A stretch of DNA of 64,000 nucleotides, taken from positions 1,945 through 65,944 of the forward strand of contig JBAYBM010000004.1 in NCBI GenBank assembly GCA_041669265.1, in the 5' to 3' direction. Of the stretch, positions 18,156 to 26,892 are shown one piece after another (position 1 is the first letter of the stretch; each line of letters begins with the position of its first letter). A program made the position numbers and the translations under genes. Under the pieces are notes generated by a model. The model saw only the letters and a list, made by a program, of their open reading frames with translations. It was not told where the DNA came from and ran no database searches. This DNA comes from Bacilli bacterium. GTDB taxonomy: Bacteria > Bacillota_I > Bacilli_A > RFN20 > CAG-826.

Positions 18156-19228
18156 TATTTTTGACCAGCAATTTGTTGCTGTTGATCAAAATAAATAAGA
18201 GCATCAATAAGTTCGTCCAAATCGCCTTCCATAACTCTATCTAGTTTTTGTGCACTAAAACCAATTCTATGGTCCGTAATTCTATTTTGAGGATAATTGT
18301 AAGTTCTTATTTTTTCGTTTCGATCACCAGAACCTATTTTACTTCTATATTCGGCTTCAGTACTTTCTTTTTTTTCTTCTTCAAGTTGGGCAAGTTTACT
18401 TGCTAACATTTGCATACAAATTTCATGGTTTTGAATTTGAGATTTTTCAGTTTGGCAACTAACAACAATTCCTGTAGGAAGGTGGGTAATTCTTACAGCT
18501 GATTCAGTTTTATTAACGTTTTGTCCACCAGCTCCCTGAGATCTATATCTATCAATTCTTAAATCTTCCGTTTTTATAGGATATTCTTGAACCTCAACTT
18601 GTGGCATAACAACAACAGTAGCAGTTGAAGTATGGATTCTTCCATTTGCTTCGGTCTTTGGAACTCTTTGAACTCTATGAACACCACTTTCAAATTTAAG
18701 TCTAGAATATGCATTAGAACCACTAATTATAAATTGAATATAAGAAAAACCACCCATTCCAGATGGATTATCATCAACAACTTTTAATTTCCAACCTTTA
18801 GAATCACAATATTTTGAATACATTCTAAATAAATCACCAGCAAAAATATTTGCTTCATCTCCACCAACAGCACCTTTGACTTCAAAAATAATATCTTTTC
18901 CATCATTTGGATCTTTTGGTATTAATAATATTTTTAATTCACCAACAATTGTTTCTTCTTGTTCGGTCGCATTTTTTAATTCATCTTTTGCTAACTCTTG
19001 CATTTCAGGATCACTATCTTTACTCATTTGTAAAGCATCGTTTCTATTTTGCTCAGCCTTTTTCCACTCTAAAAATTTAGCAACTATTGGTTCTAGTTGG
19101 CTTCTTTCTTTAGAGATTTTTTTGAAGAAGTTAATATCTCTAGTAGTTTCTTCTTTTAATAATAATCCGTCAATTTCGTTCATTCTCTTTTCTGAGATAA
19201 CGAGACGGTCGTACATATTCTTTTCCAT
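18155..19228 (-). CDS. prfA: Peptide chain release factor 1
   Basis: P-x-T tripeptide (RVPKTE) and GGQ (GAGGQNVNK). ATG at 19228 is preceded by AAGGTG. Confidence 0.95.
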   Translation of the reverse strand: MEKNMYDRLVISEKRMNEIDGLLLKEETTRDINFFKKISKERSQLEPIVAKFLEWKKAEQNRNDALQMSKDSDPEMQELAKDELKNATEQEETIVGELKILLIPKDPNDGKDIIFEVKGAVGGDEANIFAGDLFRMYSKYCDSKGWKLKVVDDNPSGMGGFSYIQFIISGSNAYSRLKFESGVHRVQRVPKTEANGRIHTSTATVVVMPQVEVQEYPIKTEDLRIDRYRSQGAGGQNVNKTESAVRITHLPTGIVVSCQTEKSQIQNHEICMQMLASKLAQLEEEKKESTEAEYRSKIGSGDRNEKIRTYNYPQNRITDHRIGFSAQKLDRVMEGDLDELIDALIYFDQQQQIAGQK

Positions 19229-19323
19229 AAATAACACCTTGAAAAAAATTATAGCAAAAATGAAGTCTATATTAAAGTTTTTATATTTCTTTATTAAATT
19301 TTATAAATAACCTCAAATAAGCA

Positions 19324-19355
19324 TAAAAAAACTCTGATTATGAAAAATCAGAGTT
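19324..19355 (-). terminator. Intrinsic terminator after the SDR gene
   Basis: Minus strand: AACTCTGATT-TTTCAT-AATCAGAGTT followed by TTTTTTT. Confidence 0.8.
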
Positions 19356-19375
19356 CTATTCTATTATTATTTAGT

Positions 19376-20143
19376 CTATAAATCAGCGCCGAAATCAGTA
19401 ACAATAATTTGTCCTGTTACAGCACGAGATTCATCACTTGATAAGAATAAAAGGATATTAGCAACATCATCTGGCATACATGGTTTTGCACCCATAATAT
19501 CAGCGTGTTTCATCATAGCTCCAAACATCTTTTGATCCATTGCTTTTTGATCAAGAGTTGTAGTCATTGGAGTAATAATAGTACCTGGGCAAACGGCATT
19601 ACATCTAATGCCTGTACCAGTAAATCTCATAGCAGTATGCTTTGTAACACCAATAATTGCACCTTTAGTAGCAACATAAACAGCACCACCACAACCATAT
19701 TGTCCAGCAACACTTGCTACATTAACAATTGAGCCACTATTGGCTGGTTCCATATACTTTAAGGCTTCACGTGTACACATCATAGTTCCTTTTTCATTAA
19801 TAGAGACTACTCTATCAAAATCATCATCTAAATATTGATTAATTCCTTTTAAACCAGTATCTAAAACACCTGCATTATTAACTAAAATATCAACTTTTCC
19901 AAAAGCAGCAATTGTATCTTTAAATAAAGTTTCAATTTGATCAAGTTTAGAAATATCAGTAGAAATAGCTAAAACTTTTCCTCCTGCATCTTTAATTTCT
20001 TTTTCAACTTTCTCTAATGCCTCTTTACGACGAGCACAAATAACTACTGTTGCTCCTTCTTTACTAAATAATTTAGCTGTAGCTTCACCAACACCTGAAT
20101 TACTTCCAGTAATAATAGCAACTTTACCATTTAATCTATTCAT
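19376..20143 (-). CDS. Short-chain dehydrogenase/reductase (SDR) family oxidoreductase
   Basis: TGSNSGVGEA (TGxxxGxG), NNAG, and a Y-x3-K (YVATK). ATG at 20143 is preceded by GGAGGA. Confidence 0.88.
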   Translation of the reverse strand: MNRLNGKVAIITGSNSGVGEATAKLFSKEGATVVICARRKEALEKVEKEIKDAGGKVLAISTDISKLDQIETLFKDTIAAFGKVDILVNNAGVLDTGLKGINQYLDDDFDRVVSINEKGTMMCTREALKYMEPANSGSIVNVASVAGQYGCGGAVYVATKGAIIGVTKHTAMRFTGTGIRCNAVCPGTIITPMTTTLDQKAMDQKMFGAMMKHADIMGAKPCMPDDVANILLFLSSDESRAVTGQIIVTDFGADL

Positions 20144-20284
20144 TTTAATTTCCTCCGTTTTTTTATTGTAATAGAAATCATTATAAAAATAAACAAAATC
20201 TAACAATATTCAGTAAAAATTTACCTAATTTTTTATTTTTTAACAAGTCTCTGTATGTTATAATTAAAAACAAGGTGATTTGTT

Positions 20285-22027
20285 ATGTCATATAAAGCTT
20301 TATATAGAAAATATCGTTCAAAAACATTTGATGAAGTTTATGGTCAAGAAGCCATAATTACTACACTAAAAAATGCATTAATTACACAAAAAATATCTCA
20401 TGCTTATTTATTTAGTGGACCAAGAGGAACAGGAAAAACTAGTGTTGCTCGTCTTTTTGCAAAGGCTCTAAATTGTGAACAAGGTATTGGAAAACAATGT
20501 AATGAATGTTCAAGTTGCATTGCTATTAACGAAGGAAATCATCCTGATGTAATAGAAATTGATGCTGCTTCAAATAGAGGTGTTGATGAAATTAGAAATT
20601 TAATTGAGAAAGTAAAATATTCTCCAATTAAAGGTCGTTATAAAGTTTATATAATTGATGAAGTCCATATGATGACAGATCAAGCTTTTAATGCTTTATT
20701 AAAAACATTAGAAGAACCACCATCATATGTAGTTTTTATACTCTGCACTACAGAACCTTATAAATTATTACCTACTATACTTTCAAGATGTCAAAGATTT
20801 GAATTTACAAAAATTGCAAATCCTACCTTAGAAAAACTTATTCTTCATGTATTAAAAGAAGAAAACGTCACATATGATGAAGACGCTATTAAATTATTAG
20901 TAGAGATTTCAAATGGAGGAGCAAGAGATGCTTTATCTATTCTTGATCAAATTATTGCCTTCAGTGGAAATCATATTTCCTTAAAAGATATTGAGTCTGT
21001 ATTTGGTCTTGCAAGTACAGCAGAAAAAATACAACTTTTAAGTTATGTCTCAACAAAAGATACTCTTTCATTAATTAAGTTTTACGAAAAGCTTTTAGCA
21101 AGAAATGTTGATGTTGCTAGATTAAATAATGAACTACTTGAAATGTTAAAAGATACATTAATCTATATTAAAACTGGCTCATCAGAATTATTAGAAGCCA
21201 TTACAAAAGATGATGCTGAACATATAAAAATGTTTTTTAATGAAAATAAAGTATTAAAAATGATTGATCTATTATTAAATTGTCAAAATGAGTTTAAGAC
21301 TACAAGCAATCCTTCATTCCTTTTTGAAATTTATCTATTAAAACTTATGGACAATAACGTCGCACAAGAAGAAACTTCAGTTGAAAGTAACCCTAAGAAT
21401 TTAGAAACTAGAGTAAATAGAAATAATTATGTTGCTCCTACTCAAATTCAAAAACCTGTTGAAAAACAAGTAGTTAAAGAAGTTAAACCTGTCGAAGAAA
21501 AGAAAACTACTTCTATTCCAGTTTTAAATAAAGAAGACTTATCAAAATTAACTCCTTTATTTAAAGAAAACGAAAAGAAGGCTGATATTGAAGATATAAA
21601 GTCACCAATAAAAACTGAAGGTGAACATTATGAAATTAATAATGATACTCTTATAAAGATTATGGTAAGTGGTTCTAAAAAAGCAAAAGAAGAACTTCAT
21701 AAGAGATGGAATTATCTTGATATGTTAATTGATGATAAACAAGATGGAGCATTTGCCGCTTTACTTAAAGATTCAATGCCTTATGTAGTAACTCCAAAAA
21801 TTATTCTTATTCAATTTAATTTTGAATCTCAAGCAGATAAATTTAATATAAAAGAAAACCAAGCAGGATTTGCTAGAGTTATGCAACATCTTGTAGGTAA
21901 AAAAGTATTTCTTTATGGTTTAAATAGAAAAGTATTGAATGAAGTAACTCATACATATTTAGACTTAAAACAAGTTAATAAATTACCTAAACCAGAAGAT
22001 TTAGGTGACATAGATTTTGATAAATAG
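20285..22027 (+). CDS. dnaX: DNA polymerase III subunits gamma/tau
   Basis: GPRGTGKTS Walker A, zinc module CNECSSC, IIDEVHM, SRCQRF. Confidence 0.96.
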   Translation: MSYKALYRKYRSKTFDEVYGQEAIITTLKNALITQKISHAYLFSGPRGTGKTSVARLFAKALNCEQGIGKQCNECSSCIAINEGNHPDVIEIDAASNRGVDEIRNLIEKVKYSPIKGRYKVYIIDEVHMMTDQAFNALLKTLEEPPSYVVFILCTTEPYKLLPTILSRCQRFEFTKIANPTLEKLILHVLKEENVTYDEDAIKLLVEISNGGARDALSILDQIIAFSGNHISLKDIESVFGLASTAEKIQLLSYVSTKDTLSLIKFYEKLLARNVDVARLNNELLEMLKDTLIYIKTGSSELLEAITKDDAEHIKMFFNENKVLKMIDLLLNCQNEFKTTSNPSFLFEIYLLKLMDNNVAQEETSVESNPKNLETRVNRNNYVAPTQIQKPVEKQVVKEVKPVEEKKTTSIPVLNKEDLSKLTPLFKENEKKADIEDIKSPIKTEGEHYEINNDTLIKIMVSGSKKAKEELHKRWNYLDMLIDDKQDGAFAALLKDSMPYVVTPKIILIQFNFESQADKFNIKENQAGFARVMQHLVGKKVFLYGLNRKVLNEVTHTYLDLKQVNKLPKPEDLGDIDFDK

Positions 22028-22038
22028 GAGGTGTATCT

Positions 22039-22344
22039 ATGAACATGCAACAAATGGTTCAAGCAATGCAAAGAACTAAAAGAGAATATGAAAAAGATTA
22101 TGCAAAATTAGAGGCCAAATCTTTCACTGAAAATGCAAATGGAGCAGTTGAAGTTACTTTAAAAGGTGACTTTACTTTAGAGAACATTAATGTCCTTGAT
22201 AATGATTTATTAAAGCCAGAAAACAAAGATGAATTAACTCAAATGATTATTCTTGCTTATACAAAATGTAAAGAAGCTATTGGAAAAGAAAGTGATGCTA
22301 TTTCTGCAAAGTATAGCTCACCTAACGGAGGAATGGGGTTCTAA
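22039..22344 (+). CDS. ybaB: YbaB/EbfC-family nucleoid-associated protein
   Basis: 101 aa in the conserved position between dnaX and recR. Confidence 0.85.
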   Translation: MNMQQMVQAMQRTKREYEKDYAKLEAKSFTENANGAVEVTLKGDFTLENINVLDNDLLKPENKDELTQMIILAYTKCKEAIGKESDAISAKYSSPNGGMGF

Positions 22345-22345
22345 A

Positions 22346-22948
22346 ATGAAGGAAATTAAATCACTCAATAAATTGATTGATTGTTTCCGTCTTTTTCCTT
22401 CAGTTGGTGAAAAATCAGCAGAAAGAATGGCCTATGCTCTTTTAGATATGTCTGCTGATAAAATTGATGAACTAGAAACTTCTATTAAAGATGCTTCTAC
22501 TAAAATTCATCAGTGCCCTATATGTGGTCTTTTGACTGAAGATAAAATATGTGGAATATGTTCAAACCCAAATAGAGACCATTCTATTTGTATTGTTTTA
22601 GCATACCCAAAAGATGTTTTAGCTTTTGAGAAATTAGAAAATTATCATGGTGTATATCATGTTTTAGGTGGAGTTATATCTTCATTACACGGTACTGGAC
22701 CAGAAAACTTAAAAATTGATGAACTTCGTGAAAGAATAAATAAAGAAGGAATAAAAGAAATAATTATAGCAACAAACCCTAACATGGAAGGTGAAACTAC
22801 TGCTCTATATTTAACAAACGAATTAAAAGATATGGACATTAAAATTTCACGTTTAGCTTATGGGATACCAATGGGTGGACAACTTGATTATATTGATGAG
22901 TTAACAATGTCTAAAGCAATCGACGGAAGACAAAGTTTAAAAAAATAG
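22346..22948 (+). CDS. recR: Recombination protein RecR
   Basis: HhH N-terminus (FPSVGEKSAERMAY), C4 zinc finger (CPICGLLTEDKICGICSN) and a Toprim domain. ATG at 22346. Confidence 0.95.
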   Translation: MKEIKSLNKLIDCFRLFPSVGEKSAERMAYALLDMSADKIDELETSIKDASTKIHQCPICGLLTEDKICGICSNPNRDHSICIVLAYPKDVLAFEKLENYHGVYHVLGGVISSLHGTGPENLKIDELRERINKEGIKEIIIATNPNMEGETTALYLTNELKDMDIKISRLAYGIPMGGQLDYIDELTMSKAIDGRQSLKK

Positions 22949-22960
22949 GAGAATATTTTT

Positions 22961-23587
22961 ATGTTTATAACATTAGAAGGTGGTGAAGGATCTGGTAAAA
23001 CTAGCGTCCTTTCTAAAGTATATAAAGAACTAATTGATGAAGGATATGATATAGTTTGCACTAGAGAACCTGGTGGAGTAAGAATTAGTGAAGATATTCG
23101 TGAAATCATTTTATCTAAAAGAAATGTCGAATTAGATGCAAGAACGGAAGCCCTTCTTTATGCCGCAAGTAGGAGACAACATCTTGTAGAAAAAGTGTAT
23201 CCAGCCTTAAAAGAAAACAAAATTGTAATTTGCGATAGATTTATAGATTCTTCTTTAGCCTATCAAGGTGGCGCTCGTGGATTAGGAGTAGATGAAGTAT
23301 TAAAAATAAATCTTTTTGCTACTGAAAACACCTTTCCGGATTTAACAATTCTTTTTGATTTGGAACCTGAAATTGGATTAGCTAGAATTAATAAAAATAG
23401 TAATAGAGAAGTAAATAGATTAGATTTAGAAGCTTTAAATTTTCATAAAAAAGTACATCAAACATACCTTGAATTAGCAAAAAAATATAAAGATAGATAT
23501 GTAGTAATTGATGCAAGTAAAGATTTTGAAACAGTATGTAAAGAAGTCAAAAAAATAATAGAAGAAAAGATACATGGACTACGCTAA
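22961..23587 (+). CDS. tmk: Thymidylate kinase
   Basis: P-loop FITLEGGEGSGKT, plus DRFIDSSLAYQG. Confidence 0.94.
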   Translation: MFITLEGGEGSGKTSVLSKVYKELIDEGYDIVCTREPGGVRISEDIREIILSKRNVELDARTEALLYAASRRQHLVEKVYPALKENKIVICDRFIDSSLAYQGGARGLGVDEVLKINLFATENTFPDLTILFDLEPEIGLARINKNSNREVNRLDLEALNFHKKVHQTYLELAKKYKDRYVVIDASKDFETVCKEVKKIIEEKIHGLR

Positions 23588-24548
23588 ATATTTAGAAAAA
23601 GAACAACCAATTGCTTATCAAATATTTTTAAATTCGATTAAAAATAACGAATTTTTCCATGCTTATTTATTATCTGGGCAAACAGGAACACCACTACTTG
23701 AAATTGCTAGATTCCTTGCAAAGTCAATTTTGTGCGATCACCCAAATCCATTTTGTTGTGGAACTTGCCCTACTTGTCATAGAGTTGACGAAGGTACATA
23801 CCTTGATTATATTGAAATAGATACTAAGAAAAATCCTGTAAAAATTGAAGATATAGAACATATAGAATCTGAATTTAGCAAAACTGCTAGTGAGAAAAAA
23901 GGAATTAAAATATATATCATCAATTTAATCGAAAATATGTCTGATTTGTGTTTTAATTGTTTACTAAAATTTTTAGAAGAACCAAATGAAGATACATATG
24001 CCATATTAACTACAGAAAACGAATTTAGAATTTTGCCTACTATTTTAAGTAGAGTTGAAGTTATTCACTTTAACTTGATTGATAAAAAAGAACTGATTGA
24101 TAAGTCTATTGCTATTGGTGTTAAAGAGGATGATGCAGAACTTTTGGTTAATTTTTATAACGATGAATCTTCAATATTAGAAGAATCTAAAGATGAAGAT
24201 TATTTATTAGTTAAGGGTTTGGTTTTTGATTTATTTGATAACATTAAAAATAAAGATAAACTAAATTTTATAGTTGAAAAAGATATTGTAACAAAAATAA
24301 ACAACCCTAAAACTGCTCGTTTCTTTTTTGATTTGTTAATTCTGTTTTTCAAAGAAGCTTATATATATTCAATTGAAAAAGACACTATTTTCAAAGATTA
24401 TGTTAATATATTAAAGACACTTCAAAGTGAAGTGCCACATCTTAATGAAAAAATGATTGCGTTAATGAATTATAGAAATGAAATTGGTTATAACTTAATT
24501 TTGTCTTTATTAATAATTCACGCTATAAAGGATGTTTTTGGAGAATAA
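23574..24548 (+). CDS. holB: DNA polymerase III delta' subunit
   Basis: AAA+-like clamp-loader fold without an intact P-loop. It has a zinc module (CCGTCPTCHRV) and SR motif TILSRV, and sits after tmk. Confidence 0.85.
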   Translation: MDYAKYLEKEQPIAYQIFLNSIKNNEFFHAYLLSGQTGTPLLEIARFLAKSILCDHPNPFCCGTCPTCHRVDEGTYLDYIEIDTKKNPVKIEDIEHIESEFSKTASEKKGIKIYIINLIENMSDLCFNCLLKFLEEPNEDTYAILTTENEFRILPTILSRVEVIHFNLIDKKELIDKSIAIGVKEDDAELLVNFYNDESSILEESKDEDYLLVKGLVFDLFDNIKNKDKLNFIVEKDIVTKINNPKTARFFFDLLILFFKEAYIYSIEKDTIFKDYVNILKTLQSEVPHLNEKMIALMNYRNEIGYNLILSLLIIHAIKDVFGE

Positions 24549-24551
24549 ATT

Positions 24552-25343
24552 ATGGATACAATATTTTTAGAAGTATATTTTGGAAACAATAGAAAATTCT
24601 ATTTCTTTTCAACAACTGACAATACAATTAAAGCCGGTGATTATGTTTTAGTTGAAACTATTGTTGGAAAACAAATGGGGAAAGTTAATAAAGTTTTAAA
24701 TTCCATTGGAAATTTTAATATGGAAATTAAACCAATCCTTTCAAAAGCAACTGAACAAGACATTAAACAAAATGCACAAAACGCAAAAATGGCTGAAAAC
24801 ACCGCTTCAATCTTTAGAAATGAAGTCAAGAATCTAGATTTAGATATGAGATTAATATCTTGCGAATATACATTTGATAGAATGAAAGTTTTATTTATTT
24901 ATGCAAGTGATGAACGTATTGATTTTAGAGAATTATTAAAAGTCCTTGCTTCACAATTACATTGTAGAATTGAATTGAAGCAAATTAATTCAAGAGAGAG
25001 AGCACAAATGATTGGTGGAATTGGAGTTTGTGGTTTACCTTTATGTTGCACTACTTTCTTTACAACATTTGAAGGAATTTCTTTAAATAGAGCAAAGAAC
25101 CAAATGCTTGCTATTAATATTCCAAAGTTAAGTGGTATTTGTGGAAAATTAATGTGTTGTTTAAAATACGAAGATGATTTATATACCGAACTTAAAAAAG
25201 ATTTCCCTAAGACAGGCACTAGAGTTACTTATGATGGAAAACAATATAGATTATCCAGTTATAATGTTCTAACAAAAACATGTAAGATCGAAGCAGATGA
25301 TAATGTTGAATTTGTTCAACTTTCTGATCTTAAAATAAATTAA
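24552..25343 (+). CDS. ricT: PSP1-domain protein YaaT/RicT
   Basis: PSP1 C-terminal domain with a Cys cluster (GVCGLPLCC...CGKLMCC). It follows holB as in Bacillus. Confidence 0.85.
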   Translation: MDTIFLEVYFGNNRKFYFFSTTDNTIKAGDYVLVETIVGKQMGKVNKVLNSIGNFNMEIKPILSKATEQDIKQNAQNAKMAENTASIFRNEVKNLDLDMRLISCEYTFDRMKVLFIYASDERIDFRELLKVLASQLHCRIELKQINSRERAQMIGGIGVCGLPLCCTTFFTTFEGISLNRAKNQMLAINIPKLSGICGKLMCCLKYEDDLYTELKKDFPKTGTRVTYDGKQYRLSSYNVLTKTCKIEADDNVEFVQLSDLKIN

Positions 25344-25344
25344 T

Positions 25345-26160
25345 ATGGCAAAAGGTACACTTTTTTTAGTCCCATCTCCAATTGGCAATCTTGATGATAT
25401 TTCAAAAAGAGTTTTAAATACTCTTTCAAGTGTTGATTATGTTGCTTGTGAAGATACAAGAAATACAGCCAAATTATTAAGTATTTTAGGAATCAAAAAG
25501 ACTTGCATTTCTTGTCATGAACATAATGAATCTTCAATAAGCCCAAAAATCATTAATGATATTAACAACGGACAAAGCGTCGCTTATTTAAGTGATGCAG
25601 GCTATCCATGTATTAGTGACCCAGGTTATCTATTAGTTTTAGAAGCTATTAAAAATAATATAAAAGTAACTCCAATTTCAGGAGCAAGTGCTTTTTTAAA
25701 TTCCCTTGTTGGAAGCGGAATTGACCCAAAACATTTTATTTTTTATGGTTTTTTAAATAGTAAAGGTAGCGACAGAAGAAAAGAATTAGAAGATTTAAAA
25801 TCTCTTCCATTTACAATCATTTTCTATGAAGCTCCACATAGAATTAACGATACTCTAAAAGATATATATACAATATTTGGCAATAGAAAAATAACGATTT
25901 GTAGAGAATTAACAAAGATTCATGAAGAATTTATAAGAAGTGATTTAGAAACATTAGTTAAAGAAAATAAAGAATTCATTGGTGAACTCGTTTTGGTAAT
26001 TGATAAGCCAAAAGAAGCTGTAAAAGAGTATGATTTTGATGATATAAAATCAAAAATAGAATTATTAATCTCGTCTGGAATAACAAAAAAAGACGCCATT
26101 TCAAGCGTCTCCTTATTGTTTAAAATACCAAAAAATATTATAAAGAAAATATATTATTAA
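25345..26160 (+). CDS. rsmI: 16S rRNA (cytidine1402-2'-O)-methyltransferase
   Basis: Tetrapyrrole-methylase fold. Motifs LVPSPIGNLDDIS, CEDTR, SDAGYPCISDPG. Confidence 0.9.
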   Translation: MAKGTLFLVPSPIGNLDDISKRVLNTLSSVDYVACEDTRNTAKLLSILGIKKTCISCHEHNESSISPKIINDINNGQSVAYLSDAGYPCISDPGYLLVLEAIKNNIKVTPISGASAFLNSLVGSGIDPKHFIFYGFLNSKGSDRRKELEDLKSLPFTIIFYEAPHRINDTLKDIYTIFGNRKITICRELTKIHEEFIRSDLETLVKENKEFIGELVLVIDKPKEAVKEYDFDDIKSKIELLISSGITKKDAISSVSLLFKIPKNIIKKIYY

Positions 26161-26486
26161 TTTTGTTTTTGTTTAGGTAATGTAGTGAAACCAACAACAT
26201 CAGTAACTGGTAAAGCAAAAGCCACACCTTGTCCTTTTGTTTCAAGTCCAGCAGCTTCATTTATTGCTTTTAAAACAGTTTCTTTAATGCTGTCATTAAC
26301 AACAATTAAAACAACTTCCTTATCTGGTTTAATAACAATTCCATAGAACTTTTCCATATCAGGATTTCCAGTTCCACGTGCATTAAAAACGGTCCCACCA
26401 TTAGCACCACTTTTTTTAGCGGCTTCCATAACTAAATCTGTAAAGCCTTTGTTAATAACGACTACAATTAAAATATCATTTTCCAT
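26157..26486 (-). CDS. PII-like signal-transduction protein (109 aa)
   Basis: Beta-alpha-beta x2 PII pattern: ILIVVVINKG...GGTVFNARGTG...VVLIVV...GQGVAFALPV. It overlaps the upstream PII-like gene by 11 nt. Confidence 0.75.
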   Translation of the reverse strand: MENDILIVVVINKGFTDLVMEAAKKSGANGGTVFNARGTGNPDMEKFYGIVIKPDKEVVLIVVNDSIKETVLKAINEAAGLETKGQGVAFALPVTDVVGFTTLPKQKQN

Positions 26487-26892
26487 TTTTAATACTCCTA
26501 TTCGATTTGGTATCTGTTAGAAATTTATACATTAATACACCTGCCATTGAATCAATTGGTACGCTAAATGATATACCTTTTGCAACTTTAGATACATTAA
26601 AACGCTCATTAATTACTTTTAAACAGTCTTTCATTAAATCTTCTTTAACAAAAGCAAAAACTATGTCTTTTTTATCTTCATCAATACTCAAAATATGTCG
26701 AAGATCGCTTGGAACAGTGCCTCTTCCATAAGTAATAAATAAGTATGATACTCCAAGTTTTTTAAACTCTTCAACATAATAATCGCCTTGATAACGATCA
26801 ACAATTATAATCATTAATTTTATTGGCTGAACTTTATACGTTTTATCATATGGAGTTAAAGTTTTTGGTGTTTGTTTAATTTGTTTTGCCAT
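26476..26892 (-). CDS. PII-like protein, divergent paralogue with an N-terminal extension (138 aa)
   Basis: Core LMIIIVDRYQGDYYVEEFKKLGVSYLFITYGRGT...IVFAFV...GISFSVPI resembles PII. It overlaps the DUF1538 gene by 17 nt. Confidence 0.6.
   Translation of the reverse strand: MAKQIKQTPKTLTPYDKTYKVQPIKLMIIIVDRYQGDYYVEEFKKLGVSYLFITYGRGTVPSDLRHILSIDEDKKDIVFAFVKEDLMKDCLKVINERFNVSKVAKGISFSVPIDSMAGVLMYKFLTDTKSNRSIKNGK

Noticed and set aside
20207-20284. SRP RNA (scRNA) upstream of dnaX, as in Bacillus subtilis
   Set aside because: The spacer is 78 nt, AT-rich, and lacks the conserved domain IV GNAR-tetraloop helix.
21677-21683. AAAAAAG in dnaX as a possible -1 frameshift site for gamma-subunit production
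   Set aside because: The heptamer is in the wrong phase, because the 0-frame codons are AAA AAA GCA rather than A AAA AAG. No downstream stem-loop is evident.
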